52,087 nt of DNA from Escherichia virus TH21. This document shows, in pieces, positions 9,148-17,724 of the stretch; within the stretch, counting starts at the first letter, position 1, and each line of letters opens with the position of its first letter. The position numbers and the translations under genes were made by a program. Under the pieces are notes generated by a model. The model was given only the letters and a program-made list of their open reading frames with translations, was not told the origin of the DNA and did not search any database. Where the stretch lies: sequence record MT446395.1; one strand, written 5' to 3'.

Positions 9148-9627
9148 TTATTCTTTAGCTTTCCGTGCTGCTTCGTTTGCTGCTTTAATTTTTCGCCATG
9201 AGCGACATTCAGGCTTAGTGGCTAGTTCAGCCTCGGTGACGACGCGCAACATGTGACGCTTTTTGCAACGCAGCGTTAGCGGCTTACCGTTCCCGTCGAA
9301 TTGCAAGTCTGGTCGGCAGAATGTAGCGCGGAACCCTTCGCCAGTTCGCTTATATCGGTTGTGCGCCAGTTGAGCACCGCGCGCCGACATCATCCCACGC
9401 TTAAACCATTCCTCAACTGCCTGTCGAGTAACTTTTAATTGCTTCGCCATGTTCGCCTTGCTGCCGTAGAACTCAAACACAATATCAAGTCGCGCTCTTA
9501 ATCCGGCCTTTACTTCATCCTTGAGAACATAGTAACCTGACGGTCGTTTGCGCTGCTTCTTATCTTCCGTGCGGATAGTTCCGTTGTTACCGTTAAGAGT
9601 ACGCTTATCATTTGCATTCATTTTCAT
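9148..9627 (-). CDS. helix-turn-helix DNA-binding protein (putative transcriptional regulator)
   Basis: 159 aa, basic; HTH-like segment MAKQLKVTRQAVEEWFKRG. Confidence 0.4.
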   Translation of the reverse strand: MKMNANDKRTLNGNNGTIRTEDKKQRKRPSGYYVLKDEVKAGLRARLDIVFEFYGSKANMAKQLKVTRQAVEEWFKRGMMSARGAQLAHNRYKRTGEGFRATFCRPDLQFDGNGKPLTLRCKKRHMLRVVTEAELATKPECRSWRKIKAANEAARKAKE

Positions 9628-9635
9628 CACCTCAA

Positions 9636-9652
9636 TAGCACTTTTTGTTAAA
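9636..9652 (+). promoter_or_regulatory. cassette palindrome (TAGCAC-TTT-TTGTTAAA) upstream of helicase
   Basis: followed by TATTATAAC and leader ATCGAACGAAC; ATG 9715. Confidence 0.45.
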
Positions 9653-9714
9653 CATTGGTTTCGATGGTTGTTATTATAACGTCAATCGAACGAACATGAA
9701 AGGCATTTAATACT

Positions 9715-11817
9715 ATGGCTATGCGCATTAAATCCATTAAAAAACAGATAGAAGAACTTGGCCCGCAAAAGATTAAAGAGATTCAGGATAAATTCACATT
9801 TGGCGACATGGTTCCTTATGAGTATCAGTGCGTAATGTATGACGAGATCGGCAAGCGCATTGCTCGCTATAAGCATCCATTCATCGTTAAAGCGTCAGTG
9901 TCGGCAGGTAAGACGATCGGCTTTGCCATGATTGCATCGCGCGTAAAAGAAATGGGCTTGTCTATGATGATACTGGCGCGTCAGGGCGATATAGTCGCTC
10001 AGGATAGTGAGGAGATCTCAAACTTCGGCGTTCCTAACTCAGTTTACTGTGCTGGCCTGAACACAAAATCAGCTTACTTCCCAATCGTTGTCGGTTCGGA
10101 AGGATCGGTTGCAAACGGTCTGTTTAAGGCGCTTGGTGATTTTACACCTATGGTGCTGGGTATTGATGAATGTCACCAGGTGGATTGGGAAGACCTTGCC
10201 GCCGCCATCGACAACGAAGAGACGATTGAAATGATGCTCACTGAAAAGGATGAGCGTGTATTCGTTGACTACCCGAAAAACAGCGAAGGTTATGTCAATG
10301 GATACCTTGATGGCGTAGAGGTTGGCGTTCAGGTGATGGATAAGCAATTGCTGATAAGCCGGAAGACTGGCGAGCCTGTTCTTGGAACAAAACGAAGCCA
10401 GTACACGATCATAATCACTGAATTGATGCGCCGCTGCAAAGAGAAGAACGGGAAGGAATTACGCATCTTCGGCATGACTGGTTCGGAGTTCAGAGGAACA
10501 GCGCCAATTGTTGTCGATAACCCTAAGCTGCCAGGATTCTGGCGTGAGCAGGTTACTAACATCGACACCAGCTACCTGATTGAGTTCGGCTCTGTTGTTC
10601 CAACAATCTTCGGAAGTGTCGGTGACGCTGGATATGATCTGGATGAGTTTAAGGCGTCCAGTCAGGATGGAACGGCTGACTTTGGTCAGAAAGAAATGAA
10701 GGCGATGGAGAAGAAAATCCATGATAACGCCAGCATGACCAAGCGAATAATGGGAATGGTAGTCGAAGAGGCGAAGAAGCGAAACGGTGTACTGATTACG
10801 TGTTCAGGCCAGCGCCATTGCAAAGAGGCGGCGAGCTATCTGCCACCTGACGCTACCTATGAGATCATCACGGAGAAGACGAACACCAAAAAACGACAAG
10901 CGATACTGGAGGCGGCGAACCGTGGCGAGATCAAATACATATTCCAGGTGGTAGCGCTAACCACTGGCGTTAACGTTCCGTTTTGGGATTTTTCGGTAAT
11001 CCTGCGCAAGATCGGCTCACTTACCCTGCTAATACAGTTACTTGGTCGAGGTATGCGATTGCTTAAGCCGTGGCAAAAAGCGATGGGAATGGTGAAAGAA
11101 GATCACCTGGTATGGGATTTCGCTGGCACGATGGATGAGCTTGGTCAGCTTTACTTCGATCCGATTCTTGAAGAGGCTCAGTACCAGCGCCGCTTTGATG
11201 GTAAGAAAGAGCCGAAAAAATGTGAACTGTGCGGAACCGAGAACAGCTTTTACGCCCGCCGCTGCATTCACAGAGACGAAAACGGCAATCGTTGTGAGTA
11301 TTTCTGGAAATCTCGAATCTGTGAAGACCAGATTGATGATCGCACTGGTGAGGTGATTGTTAAGGGATGTGGCGCTGAGAATGACGTAGTGGCGAGAATA
11401 TGCCGTTGCTGTGATGTGAGCCTGAAAGATCCCAATGATAATCTGACTGGTAAGGCTTACACCAAAAACGACTGGTGCACAGTGAATAGTTTTGAAGTAA
11501 CGCTGACACGCAATCAGACTGGTATTCTTTATCGTTACGATCTGACAGATTCAGTTGGAGTTAATTTCATCGCGTATGAAAAGTTCTTCCCGCAGTCAAC
11601 GGCACAGGTATGTCACACGATATGGAAACAGAAAGGGGTGCTGCCTCATGTGCATGACAGTAAGATCGCAAAGTTAATGGCAGCTTACAGAAGTGCTAAA
11701 ATGATTTTAAACAACGCTCACCACATAGCGCATCCAGTGCGGGTAACTCACCGCAAGAATGCAAAAGGTGAGGACATCATTTCACGTAAGGATTTTGGAT
11801 TGGACGGTAACTTATGA
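9715..11817 (+). CDS. ATP-dependent helicase, superfamily 2
   Basis: 700 aa; Walker A SAGKT; DECH box (GIDECHQV). Confidence 0.75.
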   Translation: MAMRIKSIKKQIEELGPQKIKEIQDKFTFGDMVPYEYQCVMYDEIGKRIARYKHPFIVKASVSAGKTIGFAMIASRVKEMGLSMMILARQGDIVAQDSEEISNFGVPNSVYCAGLNTKSAYFPIVVGSEGSVANGLFKALGDFTPMVLGIDECHQVDWEDLAAAIDNEETIEMMLTEKDERVFVDYPKNSEGYVNGYLDGVEVGVQVMDKQLLISRKTGEPVLGTKRSQYTIIITELMRRCKEKNGKELRIFGMTGSEFRGTAPIVVDNPKLPGFWREQVTNIDTSYLIEFGSVVPTIFGSVGDAGYDLDEFKASSQDGTADFGQKEMKAMEKKIHDNASMTKRIMGMVVEEAKKRNGVLITCSGQRHCKEAASYLPPDATYEIITEKTNTKKRQAILEAANRGEIKYIFQVVALTTGVNVPFWDFSVILRKIGSLTLLIQLLGRGMRLLKPWQKAMGMVKEDHLVWDFAGTMDELGQLYFDPILEEAQYQRRFDGKKEPKKCELCGTENSFYARRCIHRDENGNRCEYFWKSRICEDQIDDRTGEVIVKGCGAENDVVARICRCCDVSLKDPNDNLTGKAYTKNDWCTVNSFEVTLTRNQTGILYRYDLTDSVGVNFIAYEKFFPQSTAQVCHTIWKQKGVLPHVHDSKIAKLMAAYRSAKMILNNAHHIAHPVRVTHRKNAKGEDIISRKDFGLDGNL

Positions 11818-12242
11818 TTACAGATAAAGGCGACTACCTGGAATATTACACTCCAGACAAATCGGATACATGGACCGAAAGCAAACACCAGATCGATTGC
11901 GTGACCTGGACTAAAGTTAGGCATGGCGACCTATTATTCTGGCACACCGTTAATGAGGGCGAGAAGACGATGCATTCAGCCCTTGTTGACGGTCAGAGCG
12001 GGTTATTGAAGGGGGTTAGTGACTTTGTATTCCTTCTCGGCCTGTTCGGTAAATATCCGTTCGGGGCCATAGAATTGAAGCGAGTAAATAAAAGCGGGAA
12101 AGGCAAGGCATCACCAGTCAGCAAGAAGCAGAAAGATTTCCTCCGGCGTGTCCGTGAGCGTGGAGGATTCGCGGCGGTGGCGTACGGCCAGGAGGAATAC
12201 AAGAAAGCTGTTGCTGATATGCTGAATAGCACGAATTGCTAA
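11814..12242 (+). CDS. VRR-NUC-type nuclease
   Basis: 142 aa; D...ELK PD-(D/E)xK core (GVSDFVF...GAIELKR); ATGA overlap with helicase. Confidence 0.55.
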   Translation: MITDKGDYLEYYTPDKSDTWTESKHQIDCVTWTKVRHGDLLFWHTVNEGEKTMHSALVDGQSGLLKGVSDFVFLLGLFGKYPFGAIELKRVNKSGKGKASPVSKKQKDFLRRVRERGGFAAVAYGQEEYKKAVADMLNSTNC

Positions 12243-12243
12243 A
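12227..12243 (+). promoter_or_regulatory. cassette palindrome TAGCACGAATTGCTAAA overlapping the end of the VRR-NUC gene
   Basis: encodes ..STNC*; hairpin ggtgaggtg..cacctcatc with TATTAT; leader ATCGAAACGAAG. Confidence 0.5.
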
Positions 12244-12308
12244 GACGAATCGGTGAGGTGGTGTATTATCACCTCATCGAAACGAAGTAACCAACCAAGG
12301 AAATTAAA

Positions 12309-12581
12309 ATGAAAAAGTCAATCATCGCTCTACTGGCAGTTGTGGCAATGGCAGGTTGTGCAGAAGATACCAAGTTTTACGATTGTGGCAATGAATCCTT
12401 CACAGTAACCAAGTCGCAGATTGTTTCAGATAAGGGCGTTGTTATTGAGCGTGAAGGCGATCACTACGAAATGCAAACTTTCTTAGGGAAGGCGGTTTAC
12501 AACGTGACTGAAAGTCAGGTTAAAGTTAGCGTCGGCGGGTTCGTCGCTGTGAATAACTGCAAAGTGACTGAGGTTAAGTAA
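12309..12581 (+). CDS. small lipoprotein
   Basis: 90 aa; signal peptide with lipobox MAGC. Confidence 0.55.
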   Translation: MKKSIIALLAVVAMAGCAEDTKFYDCGNESFTVTKSQIVSDKGVVIEREGDHYEMQTFLGKAVYNVTESQVKVSVGGFVAVNNCKVTEVK

Positions 12582-12582
12582 G

Positions 12583-13311
12583 ATGATTGATTCAAACGAT
12601 AAAGACACTCATGACGCTTTCGTTAGCTTTGAGCAGATCGAGCGAGAAAACTTTATTACCAATGCGCTAGTTCCTGGTAACGGTCATTATCAAGCGGTTA
12701 AGCAGGACACCTTCTATCAGGTAACTGGAAACCGATACGCCGGAAGCAAGACTCCTGACGCAGTGCGTGACCTTTGGGCTACTGACAGAGAAGTGATCTC
12801 ATGGATGGAATCGCGTTATGGGAAGTATGACATTGACGCCGCCGCCAGCGATAATAATGCTGTTTGCGAGAAGTTCTACAGCGAGCAAGTGAACTGCCTC
12901 AAAATCTGGTGGGGTAGCAATAAGCACATCTGGCTTAATCCGCCGTACTCTCATCCAGATCCTTTTGTGAAGAAAGCGATTGAGCAAATGGAGCACAACA
13001 ATCAGATTGATATGTTGCTTCCTGGTGATAACTCAACGGCGTGGTTTGCCGAAGCCCGACGCAATTCGGCTGAAATAATCTGGATTGAGGCTGACATCAC
13101 AGAGATTGACAGTCAGGAATATTGCCGGACGGGGAGATTGGCCTTCATATCTGGACTGACCGGAAAGCCTGTCGATGGAAACAATAAAGGCAGCGTGATT
13201 TTTGTCATGCGAAAACTGCAAGAAGGCGAGACGCAGAAAACGACATACGTTAGCGTCTCTGATATTTGCCCTGGCGTAAGCCGTAAGAAACCACGTAAAC
13301 GGAGTGTTTAA
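12583..13311 (+). CDS. dam: DNA N6-adenine methyltransferase (Dam-like)
   Basis: 242 aa; NPPY catalytic motif (IWLNPPYS). Confidence 0.75.
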   Translation: MIDSNDKDTHDAFVSFEQIERENFITNALVPGNGHYQAVKQDTFYQVTGNRYAGSKTPDAVRDLWATDREVISWMESRYGKYDIDAAASDNNAVCEKFYSEQVNCLKIWWGSNKHIWLNPPYSHPDPFVKKAIEQMEHNNQIDMLLPGDNSTAWFAEARRNSAEIIWIEADITEIDSQEYCRTGRLAFISGLTGKPVDGNNKGSVIFVMRKLQEGETQKTTYVSVSDICPGVSRKKPRKRSV

Positions 13312-13312
13312 G

Positions 13313-13543
13313 ATGAGCAATGTACAAATTAATTTAACCGACAAAGGTCAGTATCTTTTATTCCGCGCCATCGTTTGTGAGGTGTTAACGAAAGCAGGAT
13401 TTAAGGGTGACGCTTGGGCGTTCTCGGATCTGGATATGTCATTCGAAGAAGTGCAGGATCAGCCGATTAACACATGGGCTAAAGCAATACGAAAGGATAT
13501 GGAAGACTATAAACGCGATTGCCCCGAAGATTTCGCAGAATAG
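13313..13543 (+). CDS. hypothetical protein
   Basis: 76 aa from ATG 13313 (GGAG 8 nt upstream); ORF track 13304 is a GTG extension. Confidence 0.45.
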   Translation: MSNVQINLTDKGQYLLFRAIVCEVLTKAGFKGDAWAFSDLDMSFEEVQDQPINTWAKAIRKDMEDYKRDCPEDFAE

Positions 13544-13557
13544 CACTAATTGCTAAA
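13541..13557 (+). promoter_or_regulatory. cassette palindrome TAGCACTAATTGCTAAA
   Basis: TAG stop overlaps; GC hairpin tacccgccgccgcgcgggta; leader ACGAGACGAGGAA. Confidence 0.5.
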
Positions 13558-13613
13558 CATACCCGCCGCCGCGCGGGTATACTTCTTTCATACCAACGAG
13601 ACGAGGAATCACC

Positions 13614-13847
13614 ATGAAGAAGCAACCTTTTAGCACTTACAACCAGCAGGCATACCGTAAAAATATTTTACTGCCGCACCTGCTTCGCCTGGCTAATGAG
13701 TGCGCAAGTGAAGCGCTGTCGCTTGGTAAGGACGGTGGGCTTGACGAAGTGATTGCCGTGACGTATCTCAAGGGCGCTTATGGTCATTTGCCAGTGGCTG
13801 ACTATCAAGCCATGTCGGGGAGCTTTGACATTTATGGTAACTGTTGA
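13614..13847 (+). CDS. hypothetical protein
   Basis: 77 aa ORF downstream of cassette leader. Confidence 0.45.
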   Translation: MKKQPFSTYNQQAYRKNILLPHLLRLANECASEALSLGKDGGLDEVIAVTYLKGAYGHLPVADYQAMSGSFDIYGNC

Positions 13848-14079
13848 GGTAGGCCGTCAGGCTGTTTGGAATCACTGCAAGGAGGCTGGAATAAGTGATG
13901 ATATTGCGCTTATAGCCAAGTATTTCGACATTAAAGATATATGCGTCATATTCAACGGAAAGATGACGTATATACACGAAAGGCCGCGTAAGCTGATCAG
14001 AGTTCCGGCAACTCCGGTGAAGATTGACTACAAGGCCTGCATTCAAGCAACGAAAGACGCAGCGAGAAGGTACAAATGA
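13780..14079 (+). CDS. hypothetical protein (start uncertain, possibly 13834)
   Basis: 99 aa ORF overlapping previous gene by 68 nt. Confidence 0.3.
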   Translation: MVICQWLTIKPCRGALTFMVTVEVGRQAVWNHCKEAGISDDIALIAKYFDIKDICVIFNGKMTYIHERPRKLIRVPATPVKIDYKACIQATKDAARRYK

Positions 14080-14213
14080 AACCACATGAATTTAGTGTTT
14101 TGGTTAATGAAATAATGAGAACTGTCAATAAATATGGTGGAACTCAGCAGTTGCGTGAGCAGGTGGTTAAAACTCTTTCAAGAAATGGCATTAAGCCGGA
14201 GCACAAGAAATGA
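14076..14213 (+). CDS. hypothetical small protein (45 aa)
   Basis: not in ORF track; ATGA overlaps at both ends. Confidence 0.35.
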   Translation: MKPHEFSVLVNEIMRTVNKYGGTQQLREQVVKTLSRNGIKPEHKK

Positions 14214-14461
14214 ACTTACCAGGCCTTGATTTTGACGCTGACAAATATCCGACTTGCAGCAATAACAATGAGACGTTCGCAATCATCCCTTTTGCTGACT
14301 GGTTGCCTTCGGATTTCGAAGATGTGCCATGTTCGCGCGGTGGCGGCTATAGCCTGATGTATTTTAGCCCATCAACTGGTATGATGGTTCCCAGCGAATC
14401 AGAGAGTGCAGGCGAAGCGGTTGAGCCAAATACTTTAACAACATGGTTGAAAAAGATTTGA
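14210..14461 (+). CDS. hypothetical acidic protein
   Basis: 83 aa, Asp/Glu-rich. Confidence 0.45.
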   Translation: MNLPGLDFDADKYPTCSNNNETFAIIPFADWLPSDFEDVPCSRGGGYSLMYFSPSTGMMVPSESESAGEAVEPNTLTTWLKKI

Positions 14462-14544
14462 TGCGCTGCTTAATTCCTGTATTATTACCGCCGCTAATTT
14501 GTTTTATTATCATCTACTTACTAACACGATAAGGATTTACAAAA

Positions 14545-15687
14545 ATGGCTATTCAAAAAATCACTGACGAACAATTCATTGCTGAGCGCGAAGCTGGTAA
14601 AACACTGCGCCAAATCGCCCAGGAATACGGGATGAACATTCGAACCGTTGAGCAGCGATCAAGTCGCCTGGCAAAGCGAGGTGAGTTCCACGGCAATAAG
14701 CACGTAAGCGTACACGTACCGGAGGGTTTTCATGTTAAGGGCACATCGACTATGATTCGCGCTGACGGTTCTGAGGTCGTGCGCTGGGTTAAGACCGATC
14801 AGGACAAGGAAAAGTTAGCCGCCATGATGGATGCTGCAATTGAAGCATTCTGTGACGAACTCCCGCGCGCGGCGGCTCAGCCTATCCTTGGTGAGCCTCA
14901 CTATGATGAAAATCTCCTGGCGCTCTACCCTGTATTCGATCTTCACATCGGTGCTATGGCCCACAAGCATGAATGCGGTGAGAACTACAGTACAGACATC
15001 TCAGAGAAAGTGCTGAAAAACTTCTTTGATTATTCCGTAGGCGTATCACCGAAGGCAAAGAAAGCGGTTCTGTTAATCGGCGGTGACTTCCTTCACTCTG
15101 ATGGCCTGGATGCTGTAACGCCTGCAAGCGGTCACGTACTGGATCAGGATAGTAGATACGCTAAGCTCGTTCACGTTGCAATCCGTTCCGTCCGCCGCGC
15201 GGTGGCGCAAATGCTGGATAAGCACGAAGAGGTCGAAATTCAGATCATTGAAGGGAACCATGACCAGGCGGGTATGATTTGGCTCCGCGCTGCAATGGCT
15301 GCATACTTTGAAGATGAGGTGCGCGTAACGGTTGATGTTTCACCTATGATTCTTCACCGTACGAAGTGGGGTAAAACATTGCTGGGATACACTCATGGTC
15401 ACACCATGAAGAAAGCAGATACTCGACTGGCGGCAATGGCTACTGACTTCCGCGAAGAGTTCGGTACGAGCAAATATATTTACACTCACTCAGGTCACTG
15501 GCATCACCAGACGATCACGGAAGGCACGCTGGGTATTGATGAGGTTCACGGTCAGCTTGGCGCGAAAGATGCCTACGCGGCGCGCGGCGGTTGGCGCTCA
15601 TATCGCCAGGCAGCGGTAATTGTCTACTCCAAGGAGTTCGGCGAAGTAGGTCGCTTCGTTTACCGTCCTGAAATGAGCGACATCTAA
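14545..15687 (+). CDS. HTH domain fused to calcineurin-like metallophosphoesterase
   Basis: 380 aa; N-terminal HTH-like KTLRQIAQEYGMNIRTVEQ; GDFLHSDG, GNHD, GHTH, GHWHH metal-binding motifs. Confidence 0.55.
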   Translation: MAIQKITDEQFIAEREAGKTLRQIAQEYGMNIRTVEQRSSRLAKRGEFHGNKHVSVHVPEGFHVKGTSTMIRADGSEVVRWVKTDQDKEKLAAMMDAAIEAFCDELPRAAAQPILGEPHYDENLLALYPVFDLHIGAMAHKHECGENYSTDISEKVLKNFFDYSVGVSPKAKKAVLLIGGDFLHSDGLDAVTPASGHVLDQDSRYAKLVHVAIRSVRRAVAQMLDKHEEVEIQIIEGNHDQAGMIWLRAAMAAYFEDEVRVTVDVSPMILHRTKWGKTLLGYTHGHTMKKADTRLAAMATDFREEFGTSKYIYTHSGHWHHQTITEGTLGIDEVHGQLGAKDAYAARGGWRSYRQAAVIVYSKEFGEVGRFVYRPEMSDI

Positions 15688-15704
15688 TAGCACGAATTGC
15701 CTAA
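15688..15704 (+). promoter_or_regulatory. cassette palindrome (TAGCACGAATTGCCTAA)
   Basis: directly after TAA stop; hairpin tatagcgcc-ggaa-ggcgctata. Confidence 0.45.
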
Positions 15705-15758
15705 CACTATAGCGCCGGAAGGCGCTATATTCATATCTCACTTACAGAGGATTCAATC

Positions 15759-15932
15759 ATGGTTAAATTATTTTGCGTTAAGAACACATCTAAAACCCTG
15801 CCTTTCACTGTTAACAATCCGTACAGCGCCGAGTATCAAGGTGACGGTAACTACAAGATTTACGGCGACGATATGACGTGGATTTTTGCGCCGCTTGATG
15901 GTGCGCTGGTTGAATTTATTATCGCTGACTAG
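15759..15932 (+). CDS. hypothetical small protein (57 aa)
   Basis: not in ORF track; RBS AGAGGA; followed by strong terminator. Confidence 0.4.
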   Translation: MVKLFCVKNTSKTLPFTVNNPYSAEYQGDGNYKIYGDDMTWIFAPLDGALVEFIIAD

Positions 15933-15959
15933 CGCAATAAAAACATAACGTTACGCACG

Positions 15960-15984
15960 GGGAGCCTTTAGGCTCCCTTTTTTT
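15960..15984 (+). terminator. intrinsic terminator ending the plus-strand early block
   Basis: hairpin gggagcc-ttta-ggctccc plus T7. Confidence 0.7.
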
Positions 15985-16052
15985 GTGCTTCTTTTCTATA
16001 CCGTGCTAATGTATTATGTTTTTTACTAACTGAGATATTGACAATTGCATAA

Positions 16053-16280
16053 ATGGTGGATCACATGAAAGAGGTATTAAACACTGTAACGGCTGGCACT
16101 GGCGGGGCATCTTTCGCTGGCGCTGCAACGGGCCAACTGGCGATCGCAGGGGCTACTTTTATCCTGTTCGTTTGTTTTGGCATTTGGGGTGCTTACTGGA
16201 AATACCAGGATAGCAAAGCCATTCGTCAGGCACTTGATTCGGGAGACTTGCCGACGGCGCTTAAACTAAGGGGTAAATAA
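16053..16280 (+). CDS. holin candidate
   Basis: 75 aa with one hydrophobic segment and charged C-terminus; immediately upstream of endolysin; alternative start 16065. Confidence 0.5.
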   Translation: MVDHMKEVLNTVTAGTGGASFAGAATGQLAIAGATFILFVCFGIWGAYWKYQDSKAIRQALDSGDLPTALKLRGK

Positions 16281-16777
16281 TGATGAGCGTAAACAGGACG
16301 CTTGCAAGCATTTCTTTTGGTGTAGCTTTATCGCTAACGCCTTCACTTGTTGAGAAGATTGAAGGCGTTGAGTACAAGCCGTATAAGGATATTGCCGGAG
16401 TTTGGACGGTGTGCGCTGGCATCACTGGACCTGACGTTATTCTTGGCAAGACCTACACCAAAAGAGAATGCGACGCATTGCTATACAAGCATATTGACAT
16501 CGCCAAGCGTGAGGTTGATAAGCGGATTAATGTTGACGTGCCGGATCACTTCCGTGCGGCAATGTACAGCTTCACTTTCAACGTTGGTACTGGTGCTTAC
16601 CGTAATTCCACTATGCTGAGACTTACTAACCAGGGTAAACTACTTGAAGCTTGTGAACAGCTATGGGCCTGGACTTACTTTAAGAATCCGAAGACCGGAA
16701 AGAAAGAGCGGTCCAAGGGGCTTAAGAATCGTCGGGCATTCGAATATGAATATTGTGTTAAGGAGCTACAGAAATGA
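16280..16777 (+). CDS. endolysin, GH24 lysozyme-like with possible signal-anchor N-terminus
   Basis: 165 aa; E...D...T catalytic spacing ([16 protein letters not shown]); N-terminal hydrophobic stretch. Confidence 0.75.
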   Translation: MMSVNRTLASISFGVALSLTPSLVEKIEGVEYKPYKDIAGVWTVCAGITGPDVILGKTYTKRECDALLYKHIDIAKREVDKRINVDVPDHFRAAMYSFTFNVGTGAYRNSTMLRLTNQGKLLEACEQLWAWTYFKNPKTGKKERSKGLKNRRAFEYEYCVKELQK

Positions 16778-17184
16778 GTTGTCTAAATTTACAGCGCGCT
16801 TTGGTTATCGGCTTCGTAGTGTGGGCCTTGTTCGTGTTATCAGGTTGTTCGGCAACATCTGCGCTGACTGGTTTAATTGGCAGCAAGCCAGAAATTAGCG
16901 CGCAGGCTGGGGCCGAGAACGTGAAGCAAACGGTAGGCGTTACCGGAAAGGTGGATAAGTCAAACGACAACGACACCACTATCAAAGATTCAAAGGTAGG
17001 AAAGGTTGATACGTCAAACGGGAAGTCTGTCAGTACATCAAGCATCAAGGCTGACACTATCATCGCGGATAAGATTGAGATCAGGAATGACTCAAAAGGT
17101 AATCTGATTTCTGGACTGGTATTCCTGTTCATCGGTATTCTGATGGTGATTTTCTATCTATGGCTGGAACGACGCAAAAAATAA
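16774..17184 (+). CDS. unimolecular spanin-like protein
   Basis: 136 aa; N-terminal lipoprotein signal (LSGC) and C-terminal transmembrane helix, as in T1 gp11-type u-spanin. Confidence 0.65.
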   Translation: MSCLNLQRALVIGFVVWALFVLSGCSATSALTGLIGSKPEISAQAGAENVKQTVGVTGKVDKSNDNDTTIKDSKVGKVDTSNGKSVSTSSIKADTIIADKIEIRNDSKGNLISGLVFLFIGILMVIFYLWLERRKK

Positions 17185-17186
17185 AA

Positions 17187-17209
17187 GGAGCCGAAAGGCT
17201 CCTTTTTTT
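17187..17209. terminator. bidirectional terminator between lysis cassette and minus-strand accessory operon
   Basis: hairpin ggagcc-gaaa-ggctcc with T-run on both strands. Confidence 0.7.
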
Positions 17210-17346
17210 ATCCAAATCTTTGCACCAGAAGCAACAATTCGCCTTCATTATTGCATAGAGTATGCTCATCACGTCGTCCGGCGCGCATTGATGAATTTAG
17301 CATTGAAAGAAGGGCTTGGTTAAGCCCGTCCTCGCTAATGCCATTC

Positions 17347-17721
17347 TCAGAACTGCATCTGATTATCGCGTCGATTACGACCTGGCTTTCCGAATAACTC
17401 TTCATCGCTCATCTTCTCTATGTTCATCATCTCCCATGTATAGCGATCGTTCTCACCGCCATAGCACCTGAAATGAAATTCAAACGGCCTTTTTTGCGCC
17501 CCTTTGGACCAGTACCAGTTGTTCACGCCGTCAAGGTATCCTTCGCCCATGCATCTTGCGATGAACTCCTTTGATGCTGATGATGCGAAGTAGCGAGGCG
17601 TAACTCCGGCAGCCTTCGCCAGTCGCTCGCACTCCCTATGCTTGTATATGAATACCGCCAGGTGCTGACGGTTGAATTTTTCATAGCCTTCGCAAAAACG
17701 GTACAGATCCAGAAGAAACAT
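17347..17721 (-). CDS. hypothetical protein
   Basis: 124 aa, Trp/Tyr/Cys-rich; starts 3 nt after the stop of the P-loop gene. Confidence 0.5.
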   Translation of the reverse strand: MFLLDLYRFCEGYEKFNRQHLAVFIYKHRECERLAKAAGVTPRYFASSASKEFIARCMGEGYLDGVNNWYWSKGAQKRPFEFHFRCYGGENDRYTWEMMNIEKMSDEELFGKPGRNRRDNQMQF

Positions 17722-17724
17722 AAT

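Noticed and set aside
16038-16043. TTGACA hexamer just upstream of the holin as a lysis promoter
   Set aside because: It lies only about 10 nt before the first holin ATG with no suitable -10 box at the right spacing, so it cannot be placed confidently as a promoter.
17208-17405. 65-aa minus-strand ORF at the end of the accessory operon
   Set aside because: Overlaps the upstream gene (17347..17721) by 59 nt in another frame and its stop lies inside the bidirectional terminator; at most a short C-terminal peptide could be real.
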